A DNA stretch of 64,000 nucleotides, taken from the IMG/VR virus record IMGVR_UViG_3300007754_000004, positions 1 through 64,000 of that record; one strand, 5' to 3'. This document shows positions 33,780 to 45,800 of the stretch, piece by piece. The translations under genes and the position numbers were made by a program. The notes beneath the pieces were generated by a model. It saw nothing but the letters and a program-made list of their open reading frames with translations, was not told the DNA's origin and did no database searches. This stretch comes from a virus. Position 1 is the first letter of the stretch. Each line of letters opens with the position of its first letter.

Positions 33780-35187
33780 GGCTCTTGTGGAGGATCATGT
33801 ACACCGTATTGATCCGAGTGCCTGATTCAAGGAAAGACTCAGGGGGGAGATCGGTGAAGAGATGCCCCCACCGGGACTTCTGACTCTTCGCCCAGGCCCG
33901 GAACCGCTTGTGCTTCGCGGTGGTGCCCAGGTCCGCGGAGATAGGCAGCACCGCGACCAGAGTGCCCCCCGGAGCCAGGAAGTCAAAGGCGTGGGTGACG
34001 TGCTCCATCCAGTGAGTCCCGTAGAACGGGGGGTTCATCACCACATGGGTGTAGATCGGATTGGCGGGGAGGTTCAGGAAGTTCGCCGGAATCACGGTGA
34101 GGCGAGGATTGTTGATCCCCTCCAGGGCAGAGACGCGGTCAGGATGAATCTCCACCGCGTCCACCTGACCGGCACCCTGACTCAGAAGATGGCGGACGAT
34201 ATGACCCGTTCCAGCGGACGGCTCCAACACCCGGGAGCCTTCGGAAAAGCGAACCCGATCGAGGATCTTCCCCACGACCGGGCTCGGAGTCGGGTAGAAG
34301 CTGAGATTCTTTGCGGGGAGGCCCGCCTTGGTCTTGAGGCTGTCCGCCGTGTCCCCACGAGGAGCCGCGTCCGGGAGAACCTCCCCGTAGTAGTCCGCCA
34401 GGACTTGATTGGCCTTCTCGACCAGATCATCCCGCCGGAACCAGAGGTGTGCGTTCCCATTCTTGAAACACCGCACGCGGAAATAGGGAGTCTCCGCGTA
34501 GGACTGTCGGGGGTTGTAGCCCCGGCCCCGGGTTTCCTCGATCGCCTTGGTCAGGGCACCGGGCTCCGGCTTCTTGCCGTCCAAGACAGCGAAGACACGC
34601 TCGATATCCGCCATCGTGTCCCGCATCCCGGAGTGGTAATTCCACGACCCCCACGAGTCGAACACGTTGGTCAGAATGATCCGGGTCCCGAGCTTGAACC
34701 CGTCGTGAGACTTGAACCTCCGATCCAAGTGCGTGAAAGCTCTGGCGAGCCCACGCTGAAAGATGAGGTTGGCGTCTGAGAGCAGGCTCTCAAGAATCCC
34801 CCGAACGTTGTCCACCGTGACCTCAGGCACGTCCCCACAGAGATCCTTCTCCAGGTCTTCCTTCGCCTTCCGGTCCATCAGGGTCCCCATCCCTGTCAAG
34901 ACGACGAGGTTCTTCCAGACACGGGCGTCCACGTACTTACGCCACACGTCCAGGGACGCCCCCGGATCGAACTGCTGGAAGAGGCGACGATAGGCCCCAT
35001 CCTCAGAGCGGTCGCGGAGGGCAAAGACGGCAGCCCCGTGAGCCTCCCGGGCGATCACTGCTGCCTCATCCACCATGTCATGACCCGCCTGGATCATCTC
35101 CACAGCTCGCCGCATCCTCTCAATGGAGGCATCGCGGGCAGCCACGATCCGAACGATCGTAGTCCGGGGGATAAGCTCCTGATCCAC
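33772..35187 (-). CDS. DUF4942-like domain plus adenine methyltransferase (471 aa)
   Basis: YFRVRCFKNGNAHLWFRRDDLVEKAN; FYPTP, VLEPSAGTG, VMNPPF, LAPGGTLVAVLP. Confidence 0.85.
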   Translation of the reverse strand: MDQELIPRTTIVRIVAARDASIERMRRAVEMIQAGHDMVDEAAVIAREAHGAAVFALRDRSEDGAYRRLFQQFDPGASLDVWRKYVDARVWKNLVVLTGMGTLMDRKAKEDLEKDLCGDVPEVTVDNVRGILESLLSDANLIFQRGLARAFTHLDRRFKSHDGFKLGTRIILTNVFDSWGSWNYHSGMRDTMADIERVFAVLDGKKPEPGALTKAIEETRGRGYNPRQSYAETPYFRVRCFKNGNAHLWFRRDDLVEKANQVLADYYGEVLPDAAPRGDTADSLKTKAGLPAKNLSFYPTPSPVVGKILDRVRFSEGSRVLEPSAGTGHIVRHLLSQGAGQVDAVEIHPDRVSALEGINNPRLTVIPANFLNLPANPIYTHVVMNPPFYGTHWMEHVTHAFDFLAPGGTLVAVLPISADLGTTAKHKRFRAWAKSQKSRWGHLFTDLPPESFLESGTRINTVYMILHKSRQ

Positions 35188-35212
35188 GGGACAACTCCTG
35201 TTGTTGACTTTG

Positions 35213-35239
35213 TATACGACCCGACCCCAGAAAGTTACC
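35213..35239 (-). promoter_or_regulatory. ECF-like promoter motif GGTAAC-N15-CGTATA
   Basis: Motif copy. Confidence 0.65.
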
Positions 35240-35294
35240 CCCTAAAGTTCCTGGGCTAGCGTATACCGGGTATGAGCCAACGTGAGACAAGCCC

Positions 35295-35705
35295 GTGATA
35301 GCCCTTGTTCGTTTCCTGAAGCGGCGTCTCGGGGTGAAGACATGGCATGTAGAGTCAGCCTTCGTCCTCTCGGTGCTGGTAGCCGTCGCTTCCCTGAACT
35401 GGTCCCGTTGGGAGGAGTGGCTTGGGGTAGCCGCTGTTTGGCTCACCTTCGGCCACGCCTCGGTCTCTGACCGGCTCTCTGAGAAAGAAGGACTCCGAGC
35501 AGCCTCCGGGGACCCCAGCATCGTTGAGTGCTGGGAATGGGAGCGGAGGTACTTCTACGGCAAAGAAGTGACGTGGTTCGTCTATTTCCTCGCCTTGGAA
35601 GCGTGGAGTGCCCTGGTGGGGGTGGTGGTCTTCCTCTTCCATCGGAAGTGGAGAGCCCACTGGAGAGCCTACAAGTCAGTTACCGAAGAGACCGGACCAG
35701 AATAG
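35295..35705 (+). CDS. hypothetical membrane protein (136 aa)
   Basis: Several hydrophobic segments; one of the few plus-strand genes. Confidence 0.65.
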   Translation: MIALVRFLKRRLGVKTWHVESAFVLSVLVAVASLNWSRWEEWLGVAAVWLTFGHASVSDRLSEKEGLRAASGDPSIVECWEWERRYFYGKEVTWFVYFLALEAWSALVGVVVFLFHRKWRAHWRAYKSVTEETGPE

Positions 35706-36055
35706 GGATAGGGATAGGAGTAAAGCCCACCCGCCCGCACGTAGAAGGTGTCCCCATCAGAGCAGGCGGCGAAGATGACGTTGGCCTCTTCTGGGGAGCA
35801 CTCTCCAGAAGGGATGCTCATCTCCTCGATCGACTGGACAAGCGCATTGGCCTCAGCCCACTCAGGATCCTTGAAAAAGCGGAAACGAACCCCCGCGGCT
35901 TCCAGGGCTTTCACCATGTCCCTTTGGGGAGCCCCTGAGGACCACTTCGTCGGTGGTCTGGGATAGTAGAAGTGTAAGAGATTGATTCGGACTCCCCGGC
36001 GAGTACAGCCGGGGTGAGTCGGGTCGCCTTGGAACTCCAGACCGAACATGATCAC
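35669..36055 (-). CDS. hypothetical protein (128 aa)
   Basis: AAGGA SD and a promoter motif upstream. Confidence 0.6.
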   Translation of the reverse strand: MIMFGLEFQGDPTHPGCTRRGVRINLLHFYYPRPPTKWSSGAPQRDMVKALEAAGVRFRFFKDPEWAEANALVQSIEEMSIPSGECSPEEANVIFAACSDGDTFYVRAGGLYSYPYPYSGPVSSVTDL

Positions 36056-36066
36056 CTCGGTCCTTC

Positions 36067-36093
36067 TATACGACCGAGGCTCGGATAGTTTCA
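36067..36093 (-). promoter_or_regulatory. ECF-like promoter motif TGAAAC-N15-CGTATA
   Basis: Motif copy closest to the sigmaW-type consensus. Confidence 0.65.
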
Positions 36094-36849
36094 GAAGAGG
36101 ATCGAGTAGGCGGCGAGGTATCTCTTCGTGGACGTGCTTCGGTTCACGAAAGCGAGCCTCAAGGTGGCGGACTTCACGCAGAAGCCTGTAGGCTCCAATC
36201 TGCCTACCTGCGTCCAGGCGAGCCCGTCATTGAGACTCAGGTGGACCTCAAAATCCCCAGGCTCCTGGTTGGTCTCCGTGACGGACTTGACCGCGGGGGA
36301 GTTAGTCCCGCTGGTCGCCCCGTAGGAGGATCGAATGTCGTGGCTGGTGGAGAAATCATAGATCTGCCACCAGACCATAAACTCGTCCGCCCCGACGCCG
36401 CTGGTCTGAGCTGAGATATCAATGGAGTCTGTGACTACGCAGCCGGGGCGAACCGGTGTCACCATGGCATTCTGGGAGAGGATCGCAGTCATACAGGGAG
36501 CGGTGCCCGTCGCTGCGGGGCCCGTACCCCGACCTGTCTGCACCCGAGCAATCGCGGATCCCGGCCCGGTGGTGCTGAGGTCCAGGTCAGCCACGTCGGA
36601 TGCAGACAGGAGAGGGTTGAAAACGATGTTCCCGTATTGGGGATACTGAGCGAGTAACCCAGCTTGAGCCAAGCTGGAGACGTCTCCCCCATCCACAGGA
36701 GAGATGTACGAAGCCGGACCCACCTCGACCTTGGCCCCATCCGGGACGGGAATAATGAACTTCCCGTTGAATGGAGTGGGATCGCCCACCGCCGGGGTCT
36801 TCTCGACCTGAAGAATCTTCAGATCTGCGAAGTTTCCGAGGATCCTCAT
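36091..36849 (-). CDS. putative virion protein (252 aa)
   Basis: ATGA-coupled to the 3412-aa gene; beta-rich. Confidence 0.65.
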   Translation of the reverse strand: MRILGNFADLKILQVEKTPAVGDPTPFNGKFIIPVPDGAKVEVGPASYISPVDGGDVSSLAQAGLLAQYPQYGNIVFNPLLSASDVADLDLSTTGPGSAIARVQTGRGTGPAATGTAPCMTAILSQNAMVTPVRPGCVVTDSIDISAQTSGVGADEFMVWWQIYDFSTSHDIRSSYGATSGTNSPAVKSVTETNQEPGDFEVHLSLNDGLAWTQVGRLEPTGFCVKSATLRLAFVNRSTSTKRYLAAYSILF

Positions 36850-39800
36850 CGGTCATTCCCCAGGTGGTTGACGTTCTCCACATAGGCGGTGCCGTCTGCG
36901 GTCTCGACCTCAAAGGCCGCCTTCACGCTACCCACCCAGCAACCCGCTCCGGTGGAATTGGTCACGTCGCCATTACCCGCGGTGATTTCCAGGTACACCC
37001 GAGCCCCTGGAGGCAACATAGACCCAGATGGGGCCGCGATACCGTACCTCTCCAAGATGTAGTCCAGCCAGTTGCCCACCTTGAAGGGCCTGTCCTTCGG
37101 ACGGAAGCTCCCAGGAGTCAGCCGGCGACCGAACTTCTGGATGCTGGCCGAGTCCGTCGCGTCGAAGTCATCCCCAACCGGGGTGAGCGCGATCGTGAAG
37201 GCGTGGGGACAGGTCGTAGGGACATTGTTGATCGCTGATCCGGCGTTGATATCCGGAGCCTTCGGGTTCTCGCCGCCATGAGCGACCACGATCCCTGTCA
37301 ACGCCTGCGGGCAGACAGCAGGCGGGGTCGTACCCGAGAAATCATCCATGTCCGGCCAGAGACCGCTGGTGAAGGCCGAACGAATTCCGCCGCTCGTAAG
37401 GGAGGACCGAGGCAGAGGGCTTGCGAGCACAAGGGAGTCATCCCGAGCCCCCCAGACGCTCGCCGTGAAGTCCTGAGAGCCCCAGACAATCGGGTTGTGG
37501 GCGTTCCCCAGATAACTGATGGAGCCGTGAAGGTCGTTCGCTGAGGACTCACTGGAGCAGCCGAAGCCGTACTCGGGATCTCCGGTACGCCAGTCAGACT
37601 CCGCGCCTGGAGTGTTGGAGGGGCCCGCGTCCACCCAACGCTCCATCACGTTGGGCATGATATCCCCGGCTTCCCGGTTCACGTACAGGGGAACCACGAC
37701 GGCACCGCCCGCCTTGTGAGTCCCTGTGTTGTCGTCGTGGTTGTACATGACCGTAGGAGCCCGGCCACCGAAGGGGCTGATTCCCGGACCTGAAGCGTAG
37801 GGGTGCTCCTCAAGGGAGATCCCCGACTTGAACTCGCGGGCGTGTGAACCCGGAAGCTCCACGATCAGGTTGAACGCCATGTAGTAGGGGGCCAACGGAT
37901 CACCGCTGGTGTCCACATAGCCCGGGGTGGCTTCCTCACCTCGGCTGGGGAGATTGTTGCCCCAGACGCCGAAGTTTACCCAGAGCCGAAGCAGTCGAGC
38001 ACCCTTGGGCTGCTTCCCCGGGAAGGGAGAGGCGATTCCGCCACCCGGCTGCATCGCCTGGGTGAAGGCGTCCGTCAGGTCCACCCGGAGGGTGGGCATC
38101 GGCTCCTCTGCGTCCCGCTGGTTGTCCGGGCTGGGAACCCAGAGCTGCCACCAAGCAGGTCCAGGAGTCCAGACGTAATTCCGTCCGGTGTCCGCATTCC
38201 AAAGCAGCGTACCCGTCCGGCCGGAGACCATTGACCGATCCATCAGTACCCAGGGCGTCGAGAGATCGAACCCAAGCCCCGAGGTGGTGTTGGTCATCAC
38301 CTTGGGCCCTGTTCCAACATCTACGTCGCCAGAGGTCGTGGCTCCCGGGACTACCCAGGTGCTCGACTTCATGTTGTTGGGGGAGATGGTGACGATCCGC
38401 TCGCGAGCGACCGGCTGGATGGCGTACTGCATCACGTAGTTGTGTCCCCGAGAGGGGATCTCCCCCGACACCGTGTCCGGCCAGAATCCATAAACCCCAA
38501 GAGGGGAATAGAGCAGAGGCCGACCTCGTCCTGAGTCTCCGTTGGTACCAGAGACCACTCGACCCACCTTGATCAGCTCAGTGTAATACTCCTCGCAGTC
38601 TCCCCCGAGGATCAAATCCGCGGTGGTCGGGCACCGGTTGATCCGGAAGATATCCACCTGCTCGTCGATATCATCGCCAGGGTACGGGTTTCCACCCACC
38701 CATGCCTTCGTGGTCAGGGAAGCCCCTGCTTCGGACTGCGAAGCCAAGAGCGTGTTGAACCGGTACTTCGCCGGCCTCTTCAGGTGGACATAAGACCCCG
38801 AGTGCTCTTCCGTCAGGGGAGCTGAGAACACCCACCGGAGACCGGCAGCGGCAGACCGAGAGAAATGCTGGCTGTTGTCTACGATGGGGAGAGCGTTGTT
38901 TCGATCACCGAAGCCCCGGTCAAGCTGAGAGGCGTGACCCGGGTAGGAGTGGAACCCGATCGACATGGGATCACGAGCGTTCCCCGCTGTCGGCATCGTG
39001 TGACCGGTAGACGTAGAGAGCCACTCCACCCGGAGTGCTGCCCGGTTGCCTGTCACCTGAGCCGCTTGGGTAGCGGTGAGCAGGCTCAGGTCGTAGGTGA
39101 CCTCCAGGGAAGCCCCGTTGCTGGACCAGACAATGAACTGAACCCCGAAAGAGGTCGAGAGCCCGTTGAACGCTGCCGTGCTGTTCAACAACGTCACGAT
39201 CCCATCCGGGTCTGCGGAACCCGGAGCCAGGATGGTAGGCCCAGCCGTGTAGAATGAAGCCCCGGTGTTGTCCGTAATCCACAGGGACATGTTGCCGAAG
39301 TCACCCGGCGTCCCGGACATGAGAGATTGATTCGTCCGGAAGTTGCTCGCAGCCTCAAGCAAAGGAGCCCGAGCGACCAGCGGAAGAGCCCCATCGAAAG
39401 TGGTGGAGTGTTTCTTCGCGTCACCCTCTCGACGAAGCTTCCGAACTACGGCTACCGAAGTCGTCAGAGCCGCATTTGCTCCGGTCCCGTCGAACTCGTT
39501 CACAATAGCTGGCTGGACCTCGTAGTTGTCCAGCACGTCAATGACGACCCACCATCCCGTGTACTTATAGTTGTACGTCCCGCAGATGTAGATCATCCGA
39601 CCTACATCCCCCGCTCCGAAGTCACCCCCAGGGGGTTTGAAGGAGTACCGGGTGGAGTAGAAGATCGCGTCGGCGGAGTCGATAGACGTCGTGGGATCCG
39701 TGGCGTCCGTCCACGGCGGAATGAGGCCGCCCCCTACTCCCCGAGGCCCGAGCACCGGGACAAACTCCACGTTCGGAGTGATCCGATACCGGTGACCCAC

Positions 39801-42800
39801 CAGGGGCCGACGAACCTGCTCAATTTCCTGATCCGAAGCAGCGACCACGACGGTGACCGTGTCAATCCGATCACCGAAGCCGTTGGAGGTACCGTTCACC
39901 GTGTCCGCTTCCGGGTCTTCGCTCACGTCCACGTAGGGCCCGATATCGTAGACCACCTGAAGCTCGTTGGTCACGCCCCCGTGGTTGATGGTAATGCTCC
40001 CGTTGATCGGACCGCGGGTGCCATTCCCCAACTCTCCGGAGAGGGTGTTCACGTTCGTGTAAGCGAACTCTCGACCCAGGTGCCCGGCGGTGAAGAAGCA
40101 CCCGTTGGACACATCCTCGATGACCATCCCATCGAGGATCCGCATCTGCTCCGCGGTCCCGCTATTGGGGTAGTCCCCCGTAACGCTGCGGCTGCGAGAG
40201 TGCCGGTACGCCTGAGACAGGACCCCCGGACCTGCTTCGTGGGAAGCCGGCCCTTCGGTCCTGTCCCCATCCTTGGTCCTCTCCGCGGAAGAGAAACACA
40301 TCTCGGGGCTGATTCCGAAATCCGTGGTCTTGTTGGCCCGGAATTCATACAGCGGGGTGTCCGTCGGGGTGCTTCCCACCGCGGTGTCGGTGACGAAATC
40401 CGCCCACCCGCTACCCGCCATCGTCGGGGGGCCCTTCGGGAGGAGGAGACACTCCCCGAATGTCGGGACCTCAATCCCACGGATACCCGAGCTGGGTGCC
40501 CCCAGAAGGGCGTTCATACCCTGGTGACCACCCTTGGCGTCGATTACCCGGAAGGGCCTCTCATAGCGGACGGTACCCGGCGAGCGGAACCTGATGCCCG
40601 ACCAGGGAGCCGGGAAGAGGCTGTCATTCGGTGTGATGTGGATATTGGGTTCGTCCGTACCTCCCAGATCAGGACTGGTCCTGGCGATGAGCAGTCGGGC
40701 GGGGCTCGCGAATGAACTCGCCGCGACAGCGTTCTCCTTCAACCTGAAGGGCAACCCCTGAGCCGCTCGGGCATCTTCAAACTGGAGAGAGCCGTGGGGG
40801 CCTACGACCGTGGCGTCCTCAAAGAATTCAACAGTGTTGAACGTAGAGGGGACGCTGGGGGCCCCGTGGCTCCGAGACCTGAAGTGGGAGGTCAGGGGCC
40901 ACGCCGACGCCTGACCGACGACGGAGAATCCCGCGAGGGTCTCCATCTCTACCGGACGGGGAGTTGCCCGGAAGGCGGAAGCCATCACCAGACCGAGGCC
41001 GCCATCCAACAGGACACCGGGACCAAGTCGCTGAGTGTGTCCGACGAAGCTGACACGCCCCGCCCTGTCCATCGCGAATTCTCCCCAGGTGCTCGCAGAG
41101 GAGAGGTCGTCGAGCCCGTCAGCCCGAGCCGTCGCATGGACTACCGCTCGGGCATAGACGTGGTGGGTGGTGGTCGTGCCGGGAGTCCCGGACCAGGAGA
41201 ACCAAGCGTGGCTGGTGACCCGTCCCCGGGAGTCTTCAGAGGATCGAATACCCAACAGCCGAGCCGCTCCTGGGAGCGGCCAGCGATCGGTACCCGGACC
41301 ATCCCGGAAGACCGGGATCATCTCCATCGGGAGATCTTCCCGCCCGAGCCAGCTCGGATCCAGGCTCATCCCGTGGATGCCCTGCGGGGCACCAGTCGGA
41401 GAACCTCCGGGATCCACTACGTCCGCGACGTAAACCTTTTCCGTCGCCTGGATATCCGCGTAAATGCCCCAGGGGTGACCCTGAAGCTGGTTGGCCCGGA
41501 CACTCTCCGGAACAAAGCTTTCAAGGGTCGCCGCGACGTTAGCATCATTCGCAGGCGGGACCGCGTACCTCTCAACGCGGAGCTGGAGGACAGAGACGAC
41601 GGCGGAGGCCGGGAGAGTGCCGTCTTCCATGTCCCGGATGTTTGCGGTCGATCCCGTCTGACCGGTCGCGAGGGAAGTCAGAGCCGGGAACTTGCTCTCC
41701 AGCTCAGCACTCAACCCGGACATGGTGATCACCGGAGCCCCGACGATCCTCCACACCCCGTTGTTGTTGTCGCTGGTGTATCCCCCAGACGTATCCTCAA
41801 GCTGGAGATACTTGCCCTCAAGGAAAGGCATCAGGACAGGCATGTCCGGATTGCCAACCCACCACGCTGCCCGAAGAGCACCGATCGCGTCGGCCCCCCG
41901 GATCAAGTCGTCCTGGGTACCGGGCCAGTCAAGCTGACCCGATGCCATGAGGAAGGCGTGGAGGTCGGCCCGGGTCAGACCCAGGCTTACCGTCGCCTCC
42001 TGAATGAACATGGTCTCGGCAGCACTACCCGCTCGTCGAGCAGCTCCGAAACCGGAGATCGCGTGAGCCATCCCGTTGTCGTAGCCACCCGTTGCAGCGG
42101 GGCCGACCTCCATGAGGTTCCACCCGACGGAGCCCTTAACGGCCAACATCCGACGGACGTAGGCAGTCGCCTGCGTGGAGGCCAGAGGGCGGGGATTGGT
42201 CAACCAGATCTGAGCGTCACCAGACACCCTGAGACCCGCCACACCGCCGACATGGGCTCCCCCGGCGTAAGACCCCTTGGGGAGCCTCTGGAGGCTCTCA
42301 GAGGTGCTCTCACCGGTCGCAAGGCCCTGATCGTAAACGCCACCTGAGTCCGGGGCGGGCCAGTCGAGGTTACCCAGGGCGACCGAAGTCGAAAAGACCC
42401 CGCTCTCAAGGAAGGTGGTGGTGACCTGAAGAGGGGAAGCCGCGAGACCCTCTCCCACAACCGGCGTGGTAAACGAGACACCGGGGAGAGCTGAAGGCCC
42501 GATCAGGCTGATGAGGTCTACTCGACCTCCGCCGACCAGGACACCGGAGAATGAAGATGTAGCTGTGGTGTCTGCCGAGCCTCCGTCAAGCCCCTGTCCG
42601 TACTCATCCGACGTGTTGGTCAGTGCCGTATTGGCGTGCTTCGCCAGTGACCTGAAAGCGGAAGCGAACTGGTTGAATCCCGGTCGGGGAATGATCGAGA
42701 CTTCCAGGTCCGTCGAAGCGGTGTTCGCCGTAGGGGAGAACGCTCCAATGGACGTGGGCTGGAAGCCCTGAGGGAGGAGATGACCATCCGTGGTCTCGTA

Positions 42801-45800
42801 AGTCCCTCGGGAGACCACCAACAGCTCGCCCGTGTTGGTAGAAGTATCCCAAGCCAGCACCCGCCCCTCAAAGGCTTCCGTGGTGCCGTCCCTGATGCCC
42901 GTAACCAGATCCCCGGCGGCGATCGAATTGGGAGCCACCGAAGGTGAGTCGAACTCCGTTCCAGTCGCCGTCACCTCGATGAGGAAGGACGGGTAGCCGA
43001 CCTGGGAAGTCGCTGTCAGAAGACAGGAGAACCCCATCTCCCCATGCGGGGAGAGACCGTAGCTCACCCAGATATCCGCGAGTCCGGCAGCGGAACCCGT
43101 CGTCCGGTCGATAACCGTCAGATCCTCGGCACCCCAGACCCACCGGCCCATGTAGCCGTACTCATAACCCTTGTCAGGCCACGCCTGAGCCGGCGTCGAT
43201 CCCGGCTCCAGGTCTGTCCCCACTTGGAAGACCGGCGCCCGACGAGGACCAGCGAACCAATCCGAGCCATGCCCGCGAAGGATCTCGATCCGAGCCCGAA
43301 GAGGACTCGATGCCGTGCTCTTGACGCGGTGAGATCCGACGAGATGCCCTAGCGGACGAACACCATTCTGGGAGAAACCGAGATCCGTGGCTCCCGAGTT
43401 GGCCGCCGCTTCCGAAGGGAAGTCACCCGCAACCGGAGGCGAGGGAGTGTCATTGGCGTCGTCCCCGAAAAAGAGCCCACAGGTGGGGATCTCGTAAGGG
43501 TCCGGGTCGAAGTCCCCAGCGAGGAGCCCCGCGATATCCCCTGACGAGTCCTCCGCGTTGACTCGCCCGACCTCAATCATGACATTGTAGAAGTCCTGAG
43601 CAGACGCGCTAGCGTCACCAGAACCCCACCCACCGCAGATGAGGCAGACCGTCTCCGAGCCCGTCGGGTGACGGGCATCCCCTGGTCCAATGAAGAGGAA
43701 CTGACGCTCTCCAACAGGGGCTCCAGTCGGAGCCGCGATCGACCCGGCAGCGGCACCGCCAATCCAGGCGTTCGGGGAAGCCGAGACCCCCGCGGGGGTC
43801 TCGTAGAACCCCGCATCGTCCAGCTTGTCCCCAACATACCCGGCGTAGGTGGTCTCGTAGAGAGCCTGATTCAGGAAAGCTGCGACCTCATCCGGATCCG
43901 TGGACGTGATCGTCGTGTCGTAGTTCAGAACGAGGGTAGCCCACTTGCTGCCGTTGTCGTTCTTGGGATCTGCGGAGAACACCGACAGAGCGAACCCAGA
44001 GGCCACGCTGGTGGTGAACGGGTTGAGGGCGTTGATTACCTGAGACTCCAGGTAATACTGAGCCGGGAGGACCCGGACCTGTCGGCCGGACACAAGGAGC
44101 CGCTCAGTGGCCCCACTCCCCTCCGTTGTTGATGGAGAGGAGGCCGGGGTGAGCCCGGAATAATGGCTGTTGATCGCCGTCTGGATATCAGTGGGGCTAT
44201 CACTCCCCACCGCCGTGTAAGCGAACCAGTTGAGGGGGTTCGCGGGGGCCTCGGCATACTCCCGGGCGGTGATCAGCTTCCCACCAGCACGCCCGAAGAT
44301 CTTAGCGTCTACCACCAGCCGCACACCGGCTACCAGCGGCGTCCAAGAGGCGTTCTCTGCCGACGCGATGGTGGAGCCTTCCACCACGGCACAGAGCCCC
44401 GCCACGTTGGTCGGGAGAGCCGTCTGGAAGACCGAAGAAGCCTCATCCACCACGAGGTCAAACTGATTCGGCGGGGAGGCAGAATCAGGGATCGTAGCGT
44501 TAACCGAAGAGACCTGCTCCACTCGGTTGAGGAACCGGGTGCTGGAGAGCGTCCCGGCTGCGAAATCTAGCGACAAGGAGGCGTAGAGACGTCCCCTCGC
44601 CACCTCCAACCCGACCTCGTTGTCCTCAGAGTCCGAAGCCCAGGAGGGTGCTGTGGTCGTCCACCGGTTCGACTTCGTATCGAGGAAGAGACGGGCCACC
44701 TCTGACGAGCCGCCCAGAGGGAAGCCCGCCCTCAACTCCGCCGCCGGCCCCTGGACCGCAGTTGGGGTGATCAGCAGAGAACCATCCGGCTGAGCCGTCA
44801 AATCACCGTAGGCGATTCGCCATGTACCTGACCGCCACTTTGCACCATAGGTGGTATCCAGGCGGAGATCGCCGTCGCCCTTCCTCAGAACCACGGTCGC
44901 CGGAACGGTGAACGGAATGGCGGCGTCCGTCGCCACACCAGTCAGGTCAAACGTCGTACCCGTGACGTTCCCGAGCCCGGTCCAGAAAATCCGACCCTGG
45001 CTCAACCCGAGAGGGCTTCCCCCCTCGTAAAGCACTTCGGCGGAACCCGTCTCCGGCCAGTTGGCCGAGTTGGTCCCCGTCAAGGTCATAGTGTGCGGGT
45101 TGCTGCCAGCCGCATGAGCAGTCAGCGTCGCGTGAACCCGACCCCCGAACACATCCCGCTGCGTCGCGGAAGAATAGCCCAGGGTCGCGGACTCCAGATC
45201 GCCACCCGTGACCCGTAGCCCCACGCCCGTCTGCCCTGACTCACGGGAATACGGGACACAGGCAGCGAAGAGCACCACCTCACCCCGAGGGTTGTTTCCC
45301 CCGGAACCGATGATCCCCGCCGGGACAATCGCCCCCCCGGAGGACGCCGGGGGTGCGTGGGAGAGGTAAACGAGTCCGCCAGCGTAGTCCACCTCGATGA
45401 ACTGGCTGTCTGTAGTGACCGAAGGATCGATCACCACATCCCGAGTGTAGATCGGCCGGCTGAAATCCGGGACCGCGTCCCCACCGCCGTCATCCTTCGC
45501 AGGGAAGAGCACCATCCGGAAGCCCAGGTCCAACAAGCTCCCAGGATCCGCCTGCCCGGTCCCGGATTCTGTATCGAAGATGGACCGATCCGCCCGACCC
45601 GGGCTCCCGCCAGAAGGCACCTTGCCGGAGGCATCGATCTTGGTCGTTCTGCGGACCCACTCCGGATCGATCAGATTCCCGAGCCTCGCCGCCTCAACCC
45701 GGTCCAGATCGAAATCACCCGTGAACAACTCGCTGATGGCATCGTGGAGCGTGAAAGTCACCTCCACCTTGGCAGCACCGGTATGCCCCGTGGTGTCAAA